A stretch of DNA of 64,000 nt from positions 27,832,930-27,896,929 of the forward strand of contig NC_057735.1 of assembly GCF_004010195.1 (NCBI RefSeq). The letters run 5' to 3'. This DNA is from Chiloscyllium plagiosum. Taxonomy: Eukaryota. The notes below the pieces were generated by a model, which did no database searches, was not told where the DNA came from, and saw nothing but the letters and a program-made list of their open reading frames with translations. Positions 37,866 through 50,009 of the stretch are shown in pieces. A program made the translations under genes and the position numbers. The stretch's first letter is position 1. Every line of letters starts with the position of its first letter.

Positions 37866-39989
37866 GTGATAACATAATGATGACTTTTGTGTGGCATTGA
37901 ATATGTCTGCTTATATACGAATGCTGCATCAAACATATAGCAATTCTGGAGCAATCTTGGGATTAAATTTTCCTACATTCTGAGAGCTATTTCCAAACCT
38001 CTGAAACACACTCTGCCTTTCTCTCCAGAAGGCAGTGCCTCAAGCTGAGAGATGGGGCTGGATTTAATGTAGCCAACTGCAGATGGAAACATAATGCTGG
38101 CCCACTTAATTGTGAGCAAGACTCTTTGTCAGTCTTTTGACAGTGGCATAACTAAAACAGGAAAACAAAAGTTCGATGGTGCTTTTAATGAAATCAGCAC
38201 TTTACAAAGTAATTTTGAAACATAGTCAACATTATGCAAGATTAGTTTTGGAATTGGCTTAATTTACAGGTCTATTTTATTTTGAGTAGAAATGTATGAA
38301 ACAGATGCATTTAAAATAAATTTAATCAGTGGTTATTCTTCAATATGTCTATTACACACTTTTGCGATTAATGGTCCTCAACTCAGCTTTATTAGACCCT
38401 TTTCATATTTGTACTTCCTAATCTCCACCAAATAGTTACAGTATTGTGTTTTTGTCATGGCAACCTGCTGTTTGAGATAAGTATAAAACACACCAATGGT
38501 TTAAGGAACACAAAAACTCAGGCATTCATGTTATGTCATAAACAAAGAAATAATGGCCCTTTTCTTTCCATCACCCCTTCCTCTTCCATCCAAAATTTAA
38601 GGGACAATTATACACTGGTCATAACACTGAATGTAAACAAATATATTGTCATAAAACAATAAAATATGTGTGCGAAAAAGTTTATTTGATGGTATCATTT
38701 CGCACTTCTTAAAAATAGCTCAAAAACTGTTTTCCATATTCAATTACGTAAGCAAATGTGGCAAACATTTCCAAAAGCAATAAGATCAATTAATCATGGA
38801 ACAGTAACAAGATAGAAGATAGTTATTTGGCTCTTACTGTCCATACAAGCTGTCCATAAGAGCAACTCAGCTGGTCCCACTTCTTTGCTCTTTTTCTGCC
38901 GCCCTGCCATATTTTCTCTTCATACAATTGCACAGTCCCTTTTTGAAAGCCACAATTAGTGCACTTTCAGATAGTGCTTTCCAGACCCTAACCACTTGGT
39001 TATAAAAGGTTTTCATTTTCTTGCTTTTGGTGGAGGTGAAGCATCCAGCTACTACTGGTATGGCCTGATTGGACACTTCTAATAGGGCTGTATGTGGTTA
39101 CCCCAGCTGCTAGGTGATTCCTGGCACCACCTTGACTCCTTGTGAGGAAAGTCACCTGCAATGCTCAGCAGGTTCTTTGTGCCCCTGTCACATGCCTTTG
39201 ATCTTGAGGACCAATGGTTGAGGCAATGGAGTATTGGTGTGTGTCCCTCTTCAGTAGGCCCTGACGGTGTCCATGGAGGCAGACAGATGGTTGTATGATT
39301 CATAATACTGTTGCAGCTTCTGGGAAATGAGGGCCATTGCTTCCCAAATACGTGTCTGCTGCTCCTGTTTCAACCTGTCCACATAGGTGTAGTCCCTAAT
39401 TGCCGATACCATAGGGTCTTCTCCTGTCTGGTGCTGAGGTGCCTGGTACCCTCTGTGGGTCTGTGGCTGCAGCATTTCTTCCTTAGCCAGCTGTACAGCC
39501 ATCATGGTGAGGTGCTCCCAAACTTTCTAGGATTAACATTCCCATCAAGATGTCTATCTGAAATACTGTGGGGCACAAGATGCAGCCATGTTGATGCTTC
39601 CCCTGAAGCCTCAGTACACTTGTCCTCAGAAATCCAGGCTAGCTGGACAGGTAGTGAAGATACTGGTTGCACCTGCAAAACATAGGAGAGAGTGTGGTGT
39701 TTTGGTCTGTAGTTAGAAATGGTGTGCAATGAATGACACTGACAGTGACGTTAATTTGAAGCTAAATAAAGCCAATTGTTTTCCCTGGGTAGTTATTTAA
39801 AGACATTGCTCTTAAATAGTAAGCCACTTTACAATTTGGGAACATATTGCTCATTGCCTTCTGTGAAGAAGTGAAATAACACGAAGGAAAAGCTTAGAGA
39901 ATGAAAGGACTTGAGAAACAAAAAATAATCCCTCAGCAAACCTTGGGTAATGCTGCCATTAAACAATTTCCCCAGTTCTCCCCCCTCTT

Positions 39990-40235
39990 CAAAGGGTTCA
40001 GAAAAGATTTACAAAGATGTTGCCAGCGTTGGAGGATCTGAGCTACAGGGACAGGCTGAACAGGCTGGGGCTGTTTTCCTTGGAGCGTCGGAGACTGAGG
40101 AGTGACCTTATAGAAGTTTACAAAATTATGAGGGGCATGGGTAGGATAAATAGACAAAGGTTGGGATATCTGGTTGGCATGGATGGGTTGGACCGAAAGG
40201 TCTGTTTCCATGCTGTACATCTCTATGACTCTATG
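39990..40235 (+). mobile_element. HER1 LINE 3' fragment (internally deleted)
   Basis: [36 protein letters not shown]. Confidence 0.85.
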
Positions 40236-40964
40236 ATAGAAATCGTTTTCTAAAAGCAAAATTCTGTGGATGCTGGAAAATTGGAGAAACTCAGAAAGTC
40301 AAGCACCATCTATGCAGTGAGAAACTGAGTGAACATTTTGAGTCTGATATGATTCTTTTTCTTCATATCAGACTTTAAATGTTAAATCTGTTTCTCTCTC
40401 CTTTGTTTTAGTCTGTCTGTATGTGCATGTATCAGGGGTTTGGTATTAAAATGGAGATAGAATTTCAAGCAGAAAATTTATATGTCAACTGTTATTTACC
40501 TGTGGTTATATGTATTGGTAGTAAATAGTAGTTCTTATTCTGTAGAGAAACGTGGCCTTGATCTCTGTCAACCTGAATCTATCAGACAGATAAATTAGGG
40601 ACTCTGCATACAAATAGCTTTCGTGATTACTCCAGGAATAGAAGGGCTTGATTTCCAGTGTGCTGCCACATGGATTCACAACAAACAGAAAGTTTCCTTT
40701 TCAAGAGAACTACTCCAACTTTTCCAAACCATTTGAGAAACCTGAGGTCCTAATCCCTAGAAATACTCTACTGCACCCTGACTGCCAAAGGCTTCAAGGT
40801 TCTTTATGCAGTGCTCAAAATGAAACATAATCCTTCAGTTCAAGTTGAACCAGTGCTTTAAAGATGGAGGGCCTGCATAACATCCCCTGATTTTGTATTG
40901 TATTCCTCCATTGGGACAGGATTCTAGATGCCTTCCTCAAACTATCACATACCACCTTCAATGA

Positions 40965-42005
40965 TTTATTGAATTGAATTTATTGTCACGTGTACCAAGA
41001 CACAGTGGAAAGCTTTTTCTTGCGAGCAATACAGGCAGATCACAGAGTTAAGTGGCATAGATAAGTAAATAATAGGTAAACAGTGGCAAAAACAAAAACA
41101 CAGGTGCAGGTGAATGTTAAGAGTTTGGGAGCCCGTTCAGTATTCTAACAACAGTAGGTTAGAAACTGTTTTGAGATCAGCTGGTGCGTGTGTTCAGGCT
41201 TCTGTACCTTCTCCCTGATGGTAGAGGTTGTAGAAAAACATTGCCAGGGTGGGATGGATCTTTGAGAATGCTGGCAGCCTTTCCTTGACAGCGGGCCTAG
41301 TAGATGAATTCTGTAGATGGTAGGTTGGCCTTTGTGATTATCTGGGCTGAGTTCACCACTCTCTGTAACCGTCTCCAATCTTGAATGATACAGTTGCCAT
41401 ACCAGGTAGTGATACATCCAGACAGAATGTTCTTGATGGCACACCTAGAAATAGTTGGCATATTTGCCATCATGCCAAATTTCCTCAGCTGCCTGAGGAA
41501 GGAGAAACATTTTTGGGCTTTTGTAACCAATGCATCCACATAAAGAGTCCAAGAAAGCTTGTTGTAGATGACCACTCTCAGGAGCTTGACATTCTCCACT
41601 CATTCCACCTCTGTGCTGTTAATGTGTAGGGGGGCATGAGTAACATCCTGCCAATAATCAATAATGTTCCTTTATTTTGCCGGCATTGAGAGCTTGGTTG
41701 TTCTCAGTGCACCATTTATCCAGATCTTCCACCTCCCGTTTGTAGTCTGTTTCACTGCCATCTGAGATTCGACCGACTATGGTGGGGTAATTAGTGAACT
41801 TGTAAATAGCATTAGTCTAGTATTTGGCAATGCAATCATGGGTATAGTGAGTACAGTAGGAGGCTGAGTACATACCCCTGAGGGGGCTCCAGTGTTGAGT
41901 GTTGGTGAGGATGAAATATTATTCGCAATTTTCACTGTTTGTGGCCTATGGGTCAGGAAACTGGGGATCTAGTTGCAGAGTGGGGCTTGGTCCAAGATCA
42001 CCACA
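40965..42005 (-). mobile_element. Rex1/Babar-clade LINE fragment
   Basis: LSWT...VTKAQKCFSFLRQLRKFG...IKNILSGCITTWYGNC; tail ending in gtgacaataaattcaattcaa. Confidence 0.78.
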
Positions 42006-42189
42006 TTTTCCCCTAACGAGGATGTTCAGAGATGTTATTACACACCTCTGGAGCAGGTTGACCCTGAACACGAGTCTCCTGGCCTAGAGGCAGGGCCATT
42101 ACCACTTCACCACACATGCCCTTCAATACTTGATACAGATCTCTCATTAAGAGCTCGAGCCTCTTGCCCAGATCCTGAGTCTTGTCGAG

Positions 42190-42251
42190 TACGCATGCTC
42201 GGGGGGCTGGAGTTGCGCCTGCGCACTGGTGACGAAGCTCAAAATGGCGAC
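42190..42251 (+). promoter_or_regulatory. LEMD2 proximal promoter: NRF1 motif and a YY1-type motif overlapping the start codon
   Basis: TGCGCCTGCGCA at 42214-42225; CAAAATGGCG across the ATG at 42244; CpG-rich. Confidence 0.6.
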
Positions 42252-43672
42252 GACAATGAGCGACAGAGATTTGCGAAGCAAGCTGAAGGCCTTGGGCTTC
42301 GCGGCCGGCCCAATCACCGACAGCACCAGGTCCGTGTACCTGAAAAAGTTACAACAACTGCAATCCGAAAAGAATCAACAGGAAAAGAACAGCCGGGCGC
42401 CGCGGGTTCGCCAGAGCCTCCGGCAACGGGAGGTTGAGTTCCCGGCCCCCGCCCCAGCCCCAGAGCAGCCAAGGAGGAAGCCAGCCGCTGTCTCCAACGT
42501 GAGGGCCGAGTCCAGCCGCCAGCAGGCCGACGCTGTGTCTGACTCTACCACCATACATTATTCAGGGACATCGGCTGCATACCTTACAAATAGACTCCAT
42601 TCAGGGGATGACGAAGACGCGGAGGAATCTGACAGTCTGAGCTCGCATCGATACACGGGGACTTCCAGCAGCTTGCATTCGGATTCGTTTACCAGGAAAC
42701 CAGTCAACTCATATTCAGATCGCTATACAGGCGCATCTGGCAGCCTGACTTTAGATCCATATACCACGAAATCTGTTAGCTCATATTCAGATCGCTATAC
42801 AGGGGCATCTGGCAGCCTGACTTTAGATCCATATACCACGAAATCTGTTAGCTCATATTCAGATCGTTATACAGGGGCATCTGGCAGCCTGACTTCAGAT
42901 CCATATACCAGAAAACCTGTCAGTTCATATTCTGAGCGATATACAGGAATATCTGGCAGCCTGACTTCAGATCCGTATACCAGAAAACCTGTCAGTTCAT
43001 ATTCTGAGCGATATACAGGGGTATCTGGAAGCCTGGGTTCAGATCCGTATGCAGGGACATCGGGCGGCCTGACTTCAGAATCACACAGCAGGATAACTGA
43101 CCGACTGTATTCAGATCGCTACACTGGGGAGAGTCTGAATTCAGATCCATATACAAAGAAATCTGACAGTTCATATTCGGATCCATACACTAGGAAATCT
43201 GACAGCCTGTATCCAGATACATATACGGAAAAATCTGACATCCTGAGTTCGGATCAATATGCAAGGAAATATCAGAGTCTAAAATCCAAGCCATACACAA
43301 GGAAACCTGATAGCGTGTATTCAGATCAACATGCAGGGAAATCTGAGAGCCTAAGTTCAGATCTACATACAGGCAGATTTAGCAGCTTGTATTCTGATCA
43401 ATTTTCAAGAAATTTGGGCAGCCTCCATTCTGATAGTCGTTACAGAGGAAAGTCTGACAGTTTGTTGAAAAGTGAACGCTACATAAGAGGAACTGCTGCT
43501 GGGCTGCCTAAGAAGGGGGTGCAAAAACCCAAGAATCGTCTCGACAAATTTGAGTTTTACTTATCATGGTTTCTTTATGTTACTACAATTGTCCTGTGTC
43601 TCATTCTGTTGGGGTTAATCTGCGTCAAAACCTTACAGTTGCTTGAAGAATCTGAAGACGTAGGTGAAAATA
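42244..43672 (+). CDS. LEMD2: LEM domain-containing protein 2, exon 1 (LEM domain, repeat-expanded low-complexity region, TM1)
   Basis: MSDRDLRSKLKALGFAAGPITDSTRSVYLKKLQQL is a LEM motif; hydrophobic YLSWFLYVTTIVLCLILLGLICVK; donor A|GTAAGT, phase 1. Confidence 0.93.
42637..43490 (+). repeat. Coding tandem repeat: 36-nt/12-aa unit with a 72-nt higher-order core
   Basis: Near-identical 72-nt units start at 42709, 42781, 42853, 42925 and 42997; degenerate 12-aa units xxSD[PR]YT[GR]KSxS flank them. Confidence 0.9.
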
Positions 43673-44965
43673 GTAAGTACATGTATATAGATTGGTTTTA
43701 GAAGTAACTCATCTTTGTTTACAACTTTTGGTTGGAGCACAAAATAAAAATATCATGAGAAATAAAATTGCTGTACAGCAAGGGATGATTTGACTCAGTT
43801 GAGGTGTAAACATAAGTAGAAATGTGAGAATTTAGTGGCTTCAGGAATTGATAAAATATAGAAAATTGAATCCCCAGAAATTTCAACTCTTTCTCTAATC
43901 CTGCCATATGCCACAATGACTTTACAACTAATTAGGTATTCCCTAATCCCTCTCCTAAAAACTGAATGATAAAAGGGGATAAAATATTCAGTAAAATCAT
44001 TTTCAACCCCCCCCCACCCCCTTATGCAATTAAAACTAGTTAGGAGACCACACAGACCTTGCGTTGTCCATTAATATGCCACTCAAAATAGAGATCAATA
44101 GATTTTTGGGTGTTGATGGACTGAGGATAGTGCAGGTAGGTGGCGATCAGCTGTGACCTTCGGGCTGAAAGGGCTGAATTACTTCCTAGACCTTATGTTA
44201 TCTTAGCAATTATGCAATCTCTGCCTCAGTCTGCTCCTTCATTAAGGCATGTTGAGAGATAGTGTAAACCACTAGTCTGCAATGTATTCCAGAAGCACTC
44301 AGCTCTCTCTCAGTAGAAGAACTGACATATATCCAGTTTGTTTCACCCTTGGATCATTTCGCCTTTCTCCTGCTCTGGTCCAATATGTTTAACTGAAGTA
44401 TATCAATAGGGATGCTATCCAGGCTGATAATTATTTTATATATCGGTGAGCCTACCCTGCTGAAAACTAATTGGATCAAATCCATTAAGAGTAGCTGAGG
44501 TCTTTTGCAGTTAGGCATCATTTTTGTAGTTCTTCTCCAAGACTACTGTATCATTCACCAAAATTGGTAACATAAAGGTGGATAACTGCCCAGAACCTGA
44601 TCAGTTTAATTTAAGTAAATGTGATGTGTTGCATTTTAGAAAGGCAAATCAGGGCAAACTTAAACACCATAAAGAACAGGGTCTTTTGTAATAATATGTG
44701 TAGCTGCAGTACGCAGTGCTTGACATTGCAAGCCTGACTGATGATCCTAAATTATTTATCAATGTAATTCCTTGCACAATCAGACTATCCAACAAATGTT
44801 CAATTGCAAATGTTATCCAGTTATCTAGTCGGTACTTTACTTGTTATGAACAGCCAAAAGGACATGCTATTTGGTAGGATCTGCCAGTCTTTGGCTTTGT
44901 TGGGCTACATACCTGGCATTACATCACTGAACTCTTTACAATATACTCACCTGTGTGATTTTCAG

Positions 44966-46015
44966 AGTTGGTGGTGAAGGCTTGTTTTTCAGACTGGAGG
45001 CCTGTGACCAGTGGAGTGCCACAAGGACCGATGATGGGTCCTCTACTTTTTGTCATTTACATAAATGATTTGGGTGCGAGTTTAAGAGGTACAGTCAGTA
45101 AGTTTGCAGATGACATCAATGTTAGAGGTATAGTCGACAGAGAAGAAGATTACCTTAGATTAAAACAGGATCTTGATCAGATGGGCCAATGGGTGGAGAA
45201 GTGGCAGATCGAGTTTAATTCCGATAAATGCGAGGTGCTGGAATTTGGGAAAGCAAATCTTAGCAGGACTTATACACTTAATGGTAAGGTCCTGGGGAGT
45301 GTTGCTGAACAAAGAGACCTTGGAGTGCAGGTTCATAGCTCCTTGAAAGTGGAGTCGCAGGTAGATAGGATAATGAAGAAGGCGTTTGGTATGCTTTCCT
45401 TTATTGGTCAGAGTATTGAATACAGGAGTTGGGAGGTCATGTTGCAGCTGTACAGGACATTTGTTAGGCCACTGTTGGAATATTGCATGCAATTCTGGTC
45501 TCCTTCCTATTGGAAAGATGTTATGAAACCTGAAAGAGTTCAGAAAAGATTTACAAGGATGTTGCCAGGGTTGGAGGATTTGAGCTATGGGAAGAGACTG
45601 AACAGGCTGGGGCTGTTTTCCCTGGAGTGTCTGAGGCTGAGGGGTGACCTTATAGAGGTTTATAAAATCATGAGGGGCATGAATAGGATAAATAGACAAA
45701 GTCTTTTCCCTGGGGTGGGAGAATCCAGGACTAGAGAGTATAGGTTTAGGGTGAGAGGGGAAAGATATAAAAGAGACCTACGGGGCAACTTTTTCACTCA
45801 GAGGGTGGTACTTGTATGGAATGAGCTGCCAGAGGAAGTGGTGAAGACTAGTACAATTGCAACATTTAAAAAGTATCCAGATGGGTATATGAATAGGAAG
45901 GGTTGAAGGGATATAGGCTGGGTGCTGGCAGGTGGGACTAGTTTGGGTTTGGATATCTGATCAGTATGGTCAAGTTGGACTGAAGGGTCTGTGTCCTTGC
46001 TGTAAATCTCTATGT
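44966..46015 (+). mobile_element. Young 5'-truncated HER1/CR1 LINE with an open 312-aa RT C-terminus
   Basis: VTSGVPQG...LFVIYINDL...SKFADD uninterrupted, followed by the 3' tail. Confidence 0.93.
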
Positions 46016-46029
46016 TTCTAGTGGCTGAC

Positions 46030-47110
46030 ACCCCTTTTGCTGCTACTGCATAGTAAGTGTTCAGCTTTTGAGGTACCTTAACTTTGGGTAGATTGGACAC
46101 TTTTCAGGACCAGGATGTTCCAATGGTTTGCATGATATATAGTGAGAAATAATCTGATTTTGGTAGCTACTATCTTGCAGGATGGCTCTGATGTGCTTTA
46201 CTTCAATGTCAAGTTTGCAAGGCAGACAAATAGTTCAGGCATATTTACCAGGTTTTGGATAAGACCAGTCTTGTAGCAGATTGAACTGCACGTATTCCAA
46301 AGTATATACGGACCAGTGAGGATAGGTTTTGGTCAACAGACGTAGAAGACACCGTGGCTGCTGAATAAATAGTATGTTGAGGAAAGGGAGTCCATTGCAC
46401 TGTTTCCTTTCAAGTGTGAATTTCAGAGCAGGATGGAGCCCCTTAAGATACGTAAGGAAATTCTTATATGCAGCTGCAGATTCAAATATAACAAACACAT
46501 CGACATATTCAAAGTATGCAAAGACTAGGGGTCCTTCGAAGACAAGATTCCCTCGGAATCCAACAAAAATATTTGCACGTACTATTTGGTGTACATGCTG
46601 TCTGTACAAGTTGTATAGTTCTTAAGTGCAATTAATACTGATTCACACAATAATGGTGAACCAGGATCGCTATAATATAGTATTGCAGTGTAGATGTCTA
46701 TAGTTGCTTCAAGTGTTACATGATGAATAGACTAGCAATGTCAAATGAGCACATGGACACTGCATTATCAGTCTGCAAGTCCTATCTGGTCTTCACAAAT
46801 GTCAAGAACTCCTTCACTATGCAAGTGGAGAACATGCTCAATATTGGTTGAAGCAATTTATTAACTGCATAGCCCAATTAATGTTGTGCAGAACTAGTTG
46901 TAGGTAAGATAAAGTAAAGAGGCATCAATATTGTGTGTCCGTGCACACAAAGGAGCAATTAGCCTTGAAGAATTACCCTATTGTATGTTGCCTGGCAGGT
47001 TCTTGCTCTTACATAAGTACAACAGTTTTTCTTTTAGCTTGCTTTTGAGTCAGGCTGTCCCTTCATGCTGAGCAGAAGATCCAGTGGGCATATTTGGACT
47101 TGTCATAAAA
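46030..47110 (-). mobile_element. Degenerate Penelope-like reverse transcriptase fragment
   Basis: ANIFVGF...YFEYVDVFVIF...FLTYLKGLHPALKFTLE...LPFLNIL matches PLE RT motifs. Confidence 0.7.
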
Positions 47111-47124
47111 AATGGTGTGCATTT

Positions 47125-48200
47125 TGTTAAAAATCACACTACTCCCAAGCTATAGTCCAACAGGTTTCTTTGGAAGCACAAGCTTTCAGAGCGCTGCTCC
47201 TTCGTCATGTAGCTAGTGGGGCTCGATTATAGGACACAATTTATAGTAAAAGATCAAAGTGTCATTCAACTGATGCGATGCATTGAATAAACTTAGATTG
47301 CTGTTAAGTCTTTAATTACTTAGAACGGGGAAGCAGTTTTCGATTAATTCTTATGTAAATTCCAGGACTTATTTCAAGTAACAGTCCCAAGATAACTTAA
47401 TATTTTATATTAGAAAAGTGAGATCTCAGCTCGCAAGGTGCATTAAAGGTGTGAGGTGAGAGTCTGTCTGTATCGCAACCTTGAGACAGGCTGCTTCTAT
47501 TTCCAAAGTGGGAATTTATAAAATTAGATTACTTACAATGTGGAAACAGGCCCTTTGGCCCAACAAGTCCACACCAACCCGCCGAAGCGTAACCCACCCA
47601 GACCCATTCTCCTACATTTACCCCTTCACCTAACACTGCGGGTAATTCAGCATGGCCAATTCACCTAACCTGCACATTTTTGGACTGTGGGAGGAAACCG
47701 GAGCACCCGGAGGAAACCTACGCAGACACGGGGAGAATGTGCAAACTCGATACAGAGAGTCGCTTGAGGCGGGAATTGAACCCGGGTCTCTGGCGCTGTG
47801 AGGCCGTAGTGCTAACCACTGTGCCACCCACAAAATGTAACATGGACTGACTGCCTACAGATTCTGTGCATTTTGAGCAAAATCGAATGTATCTGCAAAT
47901 GAAAATTCATCTCATAGACTGATGTGTGTATGTGTGTGTGTTGTGTGGGAGAGATTATGCATTGTGCTTGCTTGGTAAAGTGTGTTAGAGTGTGACGGAG
48001 TATATGCCTCTGAGAGGTTGTGCACATGTGTGTGTCTGAGAGACAGCATGCGATTGAGAGAGGGTCTGTGTGGGTGTGATTGTGTGTATAGTGTAGTGGG
48101 GTCACCTGTAGTGTGAGATGAGCCCAAGATCCTGATTGTGGCCATCCTCATGGGTACCAAACTTGACTATTAGCCTCTGCTCAGCAACATTATATTGTTG
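47125..48200 (-). mobile_element. Penelope family B 3' region interrupted by an HE1 SINE
   Basis: Reverse-complement homolog of 17650-18440, including the TG-rich tract and terminal repeat. Confidence 0.65.
47524..47829 (-). mobile_element. HE1 SINE
   Basis: Full-length reverse complement of the HE1 consensus. Confidence 0.9.
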
Positions 48201-48598
48201 TATTTTGTTGACATAGATGACTTGTTAAGGATGACTATCCTGGTCTCTTTGTTGGGGTTTACTGATTGTATGTCCATATTTGTCCTGAGGTCTTGCAATG
48301 CTATCAAACTCTCACAATGAATGTGAAAATTGATTTATTATTTGGAAACTTGCAATATGCGTGGGTCGATCAGCTTGGCATGCATTCAAAGATTTGCTGT
48401 CTTGAATGGAAACTGGTCTGTGGTGGGCTAGCTGGAAGTAGAGAAGTTCAAATTCAGCAAACATCTCTGCCTATCGTTTTGGGATGAACTCACACCAAAG
48501 CAGAAAATTAAAGAACTGCAGACATTGGAAATCAGAAATACAAACAGAAATTGCAAGAAAAACTCTGCAGGTACCATCTGTGGAGAGAAAGCATGGTT

Positions 48599-48628
48599 AA
48601 TGTTTCAGGTCTAGTGACCCTTCTTCAG
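48599..48628 (-). ncRNA. Minimal hammerhead ribozyme core (family C)
   Basis: Minus strand ggtt-CTGAAGA-AGGGTC-ACTA-GACCT-GAAACATT-aacc: 4-bp stem I; stem III mutated relative to the ACGT of the sister copy near 51005. Confidence 0.6.
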
Positions 48629-48884
48629 AACCTTCTGACACCTCAGGCGAAATCAGGTACAAGGGCAAACACATCACTTTCAGATAATGCGTGGTCAGAA
48701 AGATTTATCATATGTTTGGAGAGAGAGTTAATTAGGTTGCCAAGCCATATCTGTTTAAGTGAGTTAATCGTGCAATTGTGCTTTACATAGGTAGTGTTTA
48801 TGGTGTGGTTATCTATTGAAACAATACAGCAGCATAGATTGATCAAATGTTTAATTAATGTCTCCTATCTAAATGTCTAATGTC

Positions 48885-49068
48885 CTTTTAGGGGAAGAAG
48901 TGTGCCATCCTTATCTTGTGTAGCTACATGTGACTGTAGACCCATAGTAAAATGGCTGACTCTGAATTGCTGTCTGAAGTGGCGTACCAAGCCATTAAGT
49001 TCAAGAGCAATTAGCGCTGAGCAATAAGTGCTTGTCCAGCCAATGACAGCCACACCCCATGGATGAAC
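48885..49068 (+). mobile_element. DeuSINE/SacSINE1-like fragment
   Basis: gccatccttatc...ctacatgtgact..agaccc...gcaataagtgct; sister copies at about 36790-36960 and 58630-58950. Confidence 0.5.
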
Positions 49069-49894
49069 TTTTTAATAAGAGGTTAAAAAAAATCTATGTA
49101 TTTAAAACTAAGTGCAGCATAGAACATGGTGTGAACTAGTAACCCTGTTACCAGTCTGGTCAAAAATGTGAACAACAGGTGAAGCTAACTGCTTCACATT
49201 GCTGCAGTGCAGTAGAAACACGAGTGGTGTGCTCACTTAACAGGATGCTGTCATCAAATGTAAAGATATGAGTGGTTTTGGCACATTGTGGTATATGCAT
49301 TTCAGCACTGATATTATGCCAGATGTGTAGGCCATACATGCTATTACTGGTTGATCATATCAGACGGCAAGTCACTTTGGCTGTACACAACAAGCAAGGC
49401 ACTGACCATACTGACCAATTTGCACATGTAAAAATTGCAACATTAAATGTGATTCTGCAATTGGACAATGTTGGCTGCATTACCCAATACAGCATAAGTG
49501 CTGACTACTCCCTTCTAAAGACCTGCACCAATCTTATGGAAACTGGTTCTTACAATTTTTTTTTAATCATTGCATTTGAATGTGTTTTATACCATACTTC
49601 TGTGGCCACCATATCACATAATGAAGCTCAAACTCCGATATCCTACCCCACAAGTAAGGACAGTACCATTTTGCCACTTGACTGCAATCTTACTGCTTTA
49701 ATATGTATTTGTAATTAATCTGTGCACATTATGAAATATCTAAGGGACAAATGGGACTTGGGTCCAGACCTCTAGTCAAGTGATAGGGACAGTACTTCTC
49801 AACAGCTCTCACTCACTATATGGATTCAGTTGAAACACCATTTGTAGCATTAGCTTGGCATATCAGATAGTTGTATTTAATTATCTCGTGATTC

Positions 49895-49946
49895 TATATA
49901 ATATATATAATATATATAATATAATATATAATATATATAATATAAT
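49895..49946. repeat. AT microsatellite
   Basis: Pure A/T tract of TATATAA-type units, 22 nt upstream of LEMD2 exon 2. Confidence 0.9.
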
Positions 49947-49968
49947 CTATGGTTTTCTTTCGTTTTAG

Positions 49969-50009
49969 TTAAGATGCTGCCAGTGGATTGCAATGGGAAA
50001 ACTGACGCA
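49969..50009 (+). CDS. LEMD2: LEMD2 exon 2
   Basis: 41 nt, (I)KMLPVDCNGKTDA versus human MKLLPVDCERKTDE; tttag| and |GTGAGT. Confidence 0.92.

Noticed and set aside
42709-43068. CRISPR-like array
   Set aside because: Eukaryotic, head-to-tail coding repeats with no unique spacers
44968-45906. 312-aa ORF as a host gene
   Set aside because: It is the RT C-terminus of a 5'-truncated HER1/CR1 LINE with several sister copies in the window
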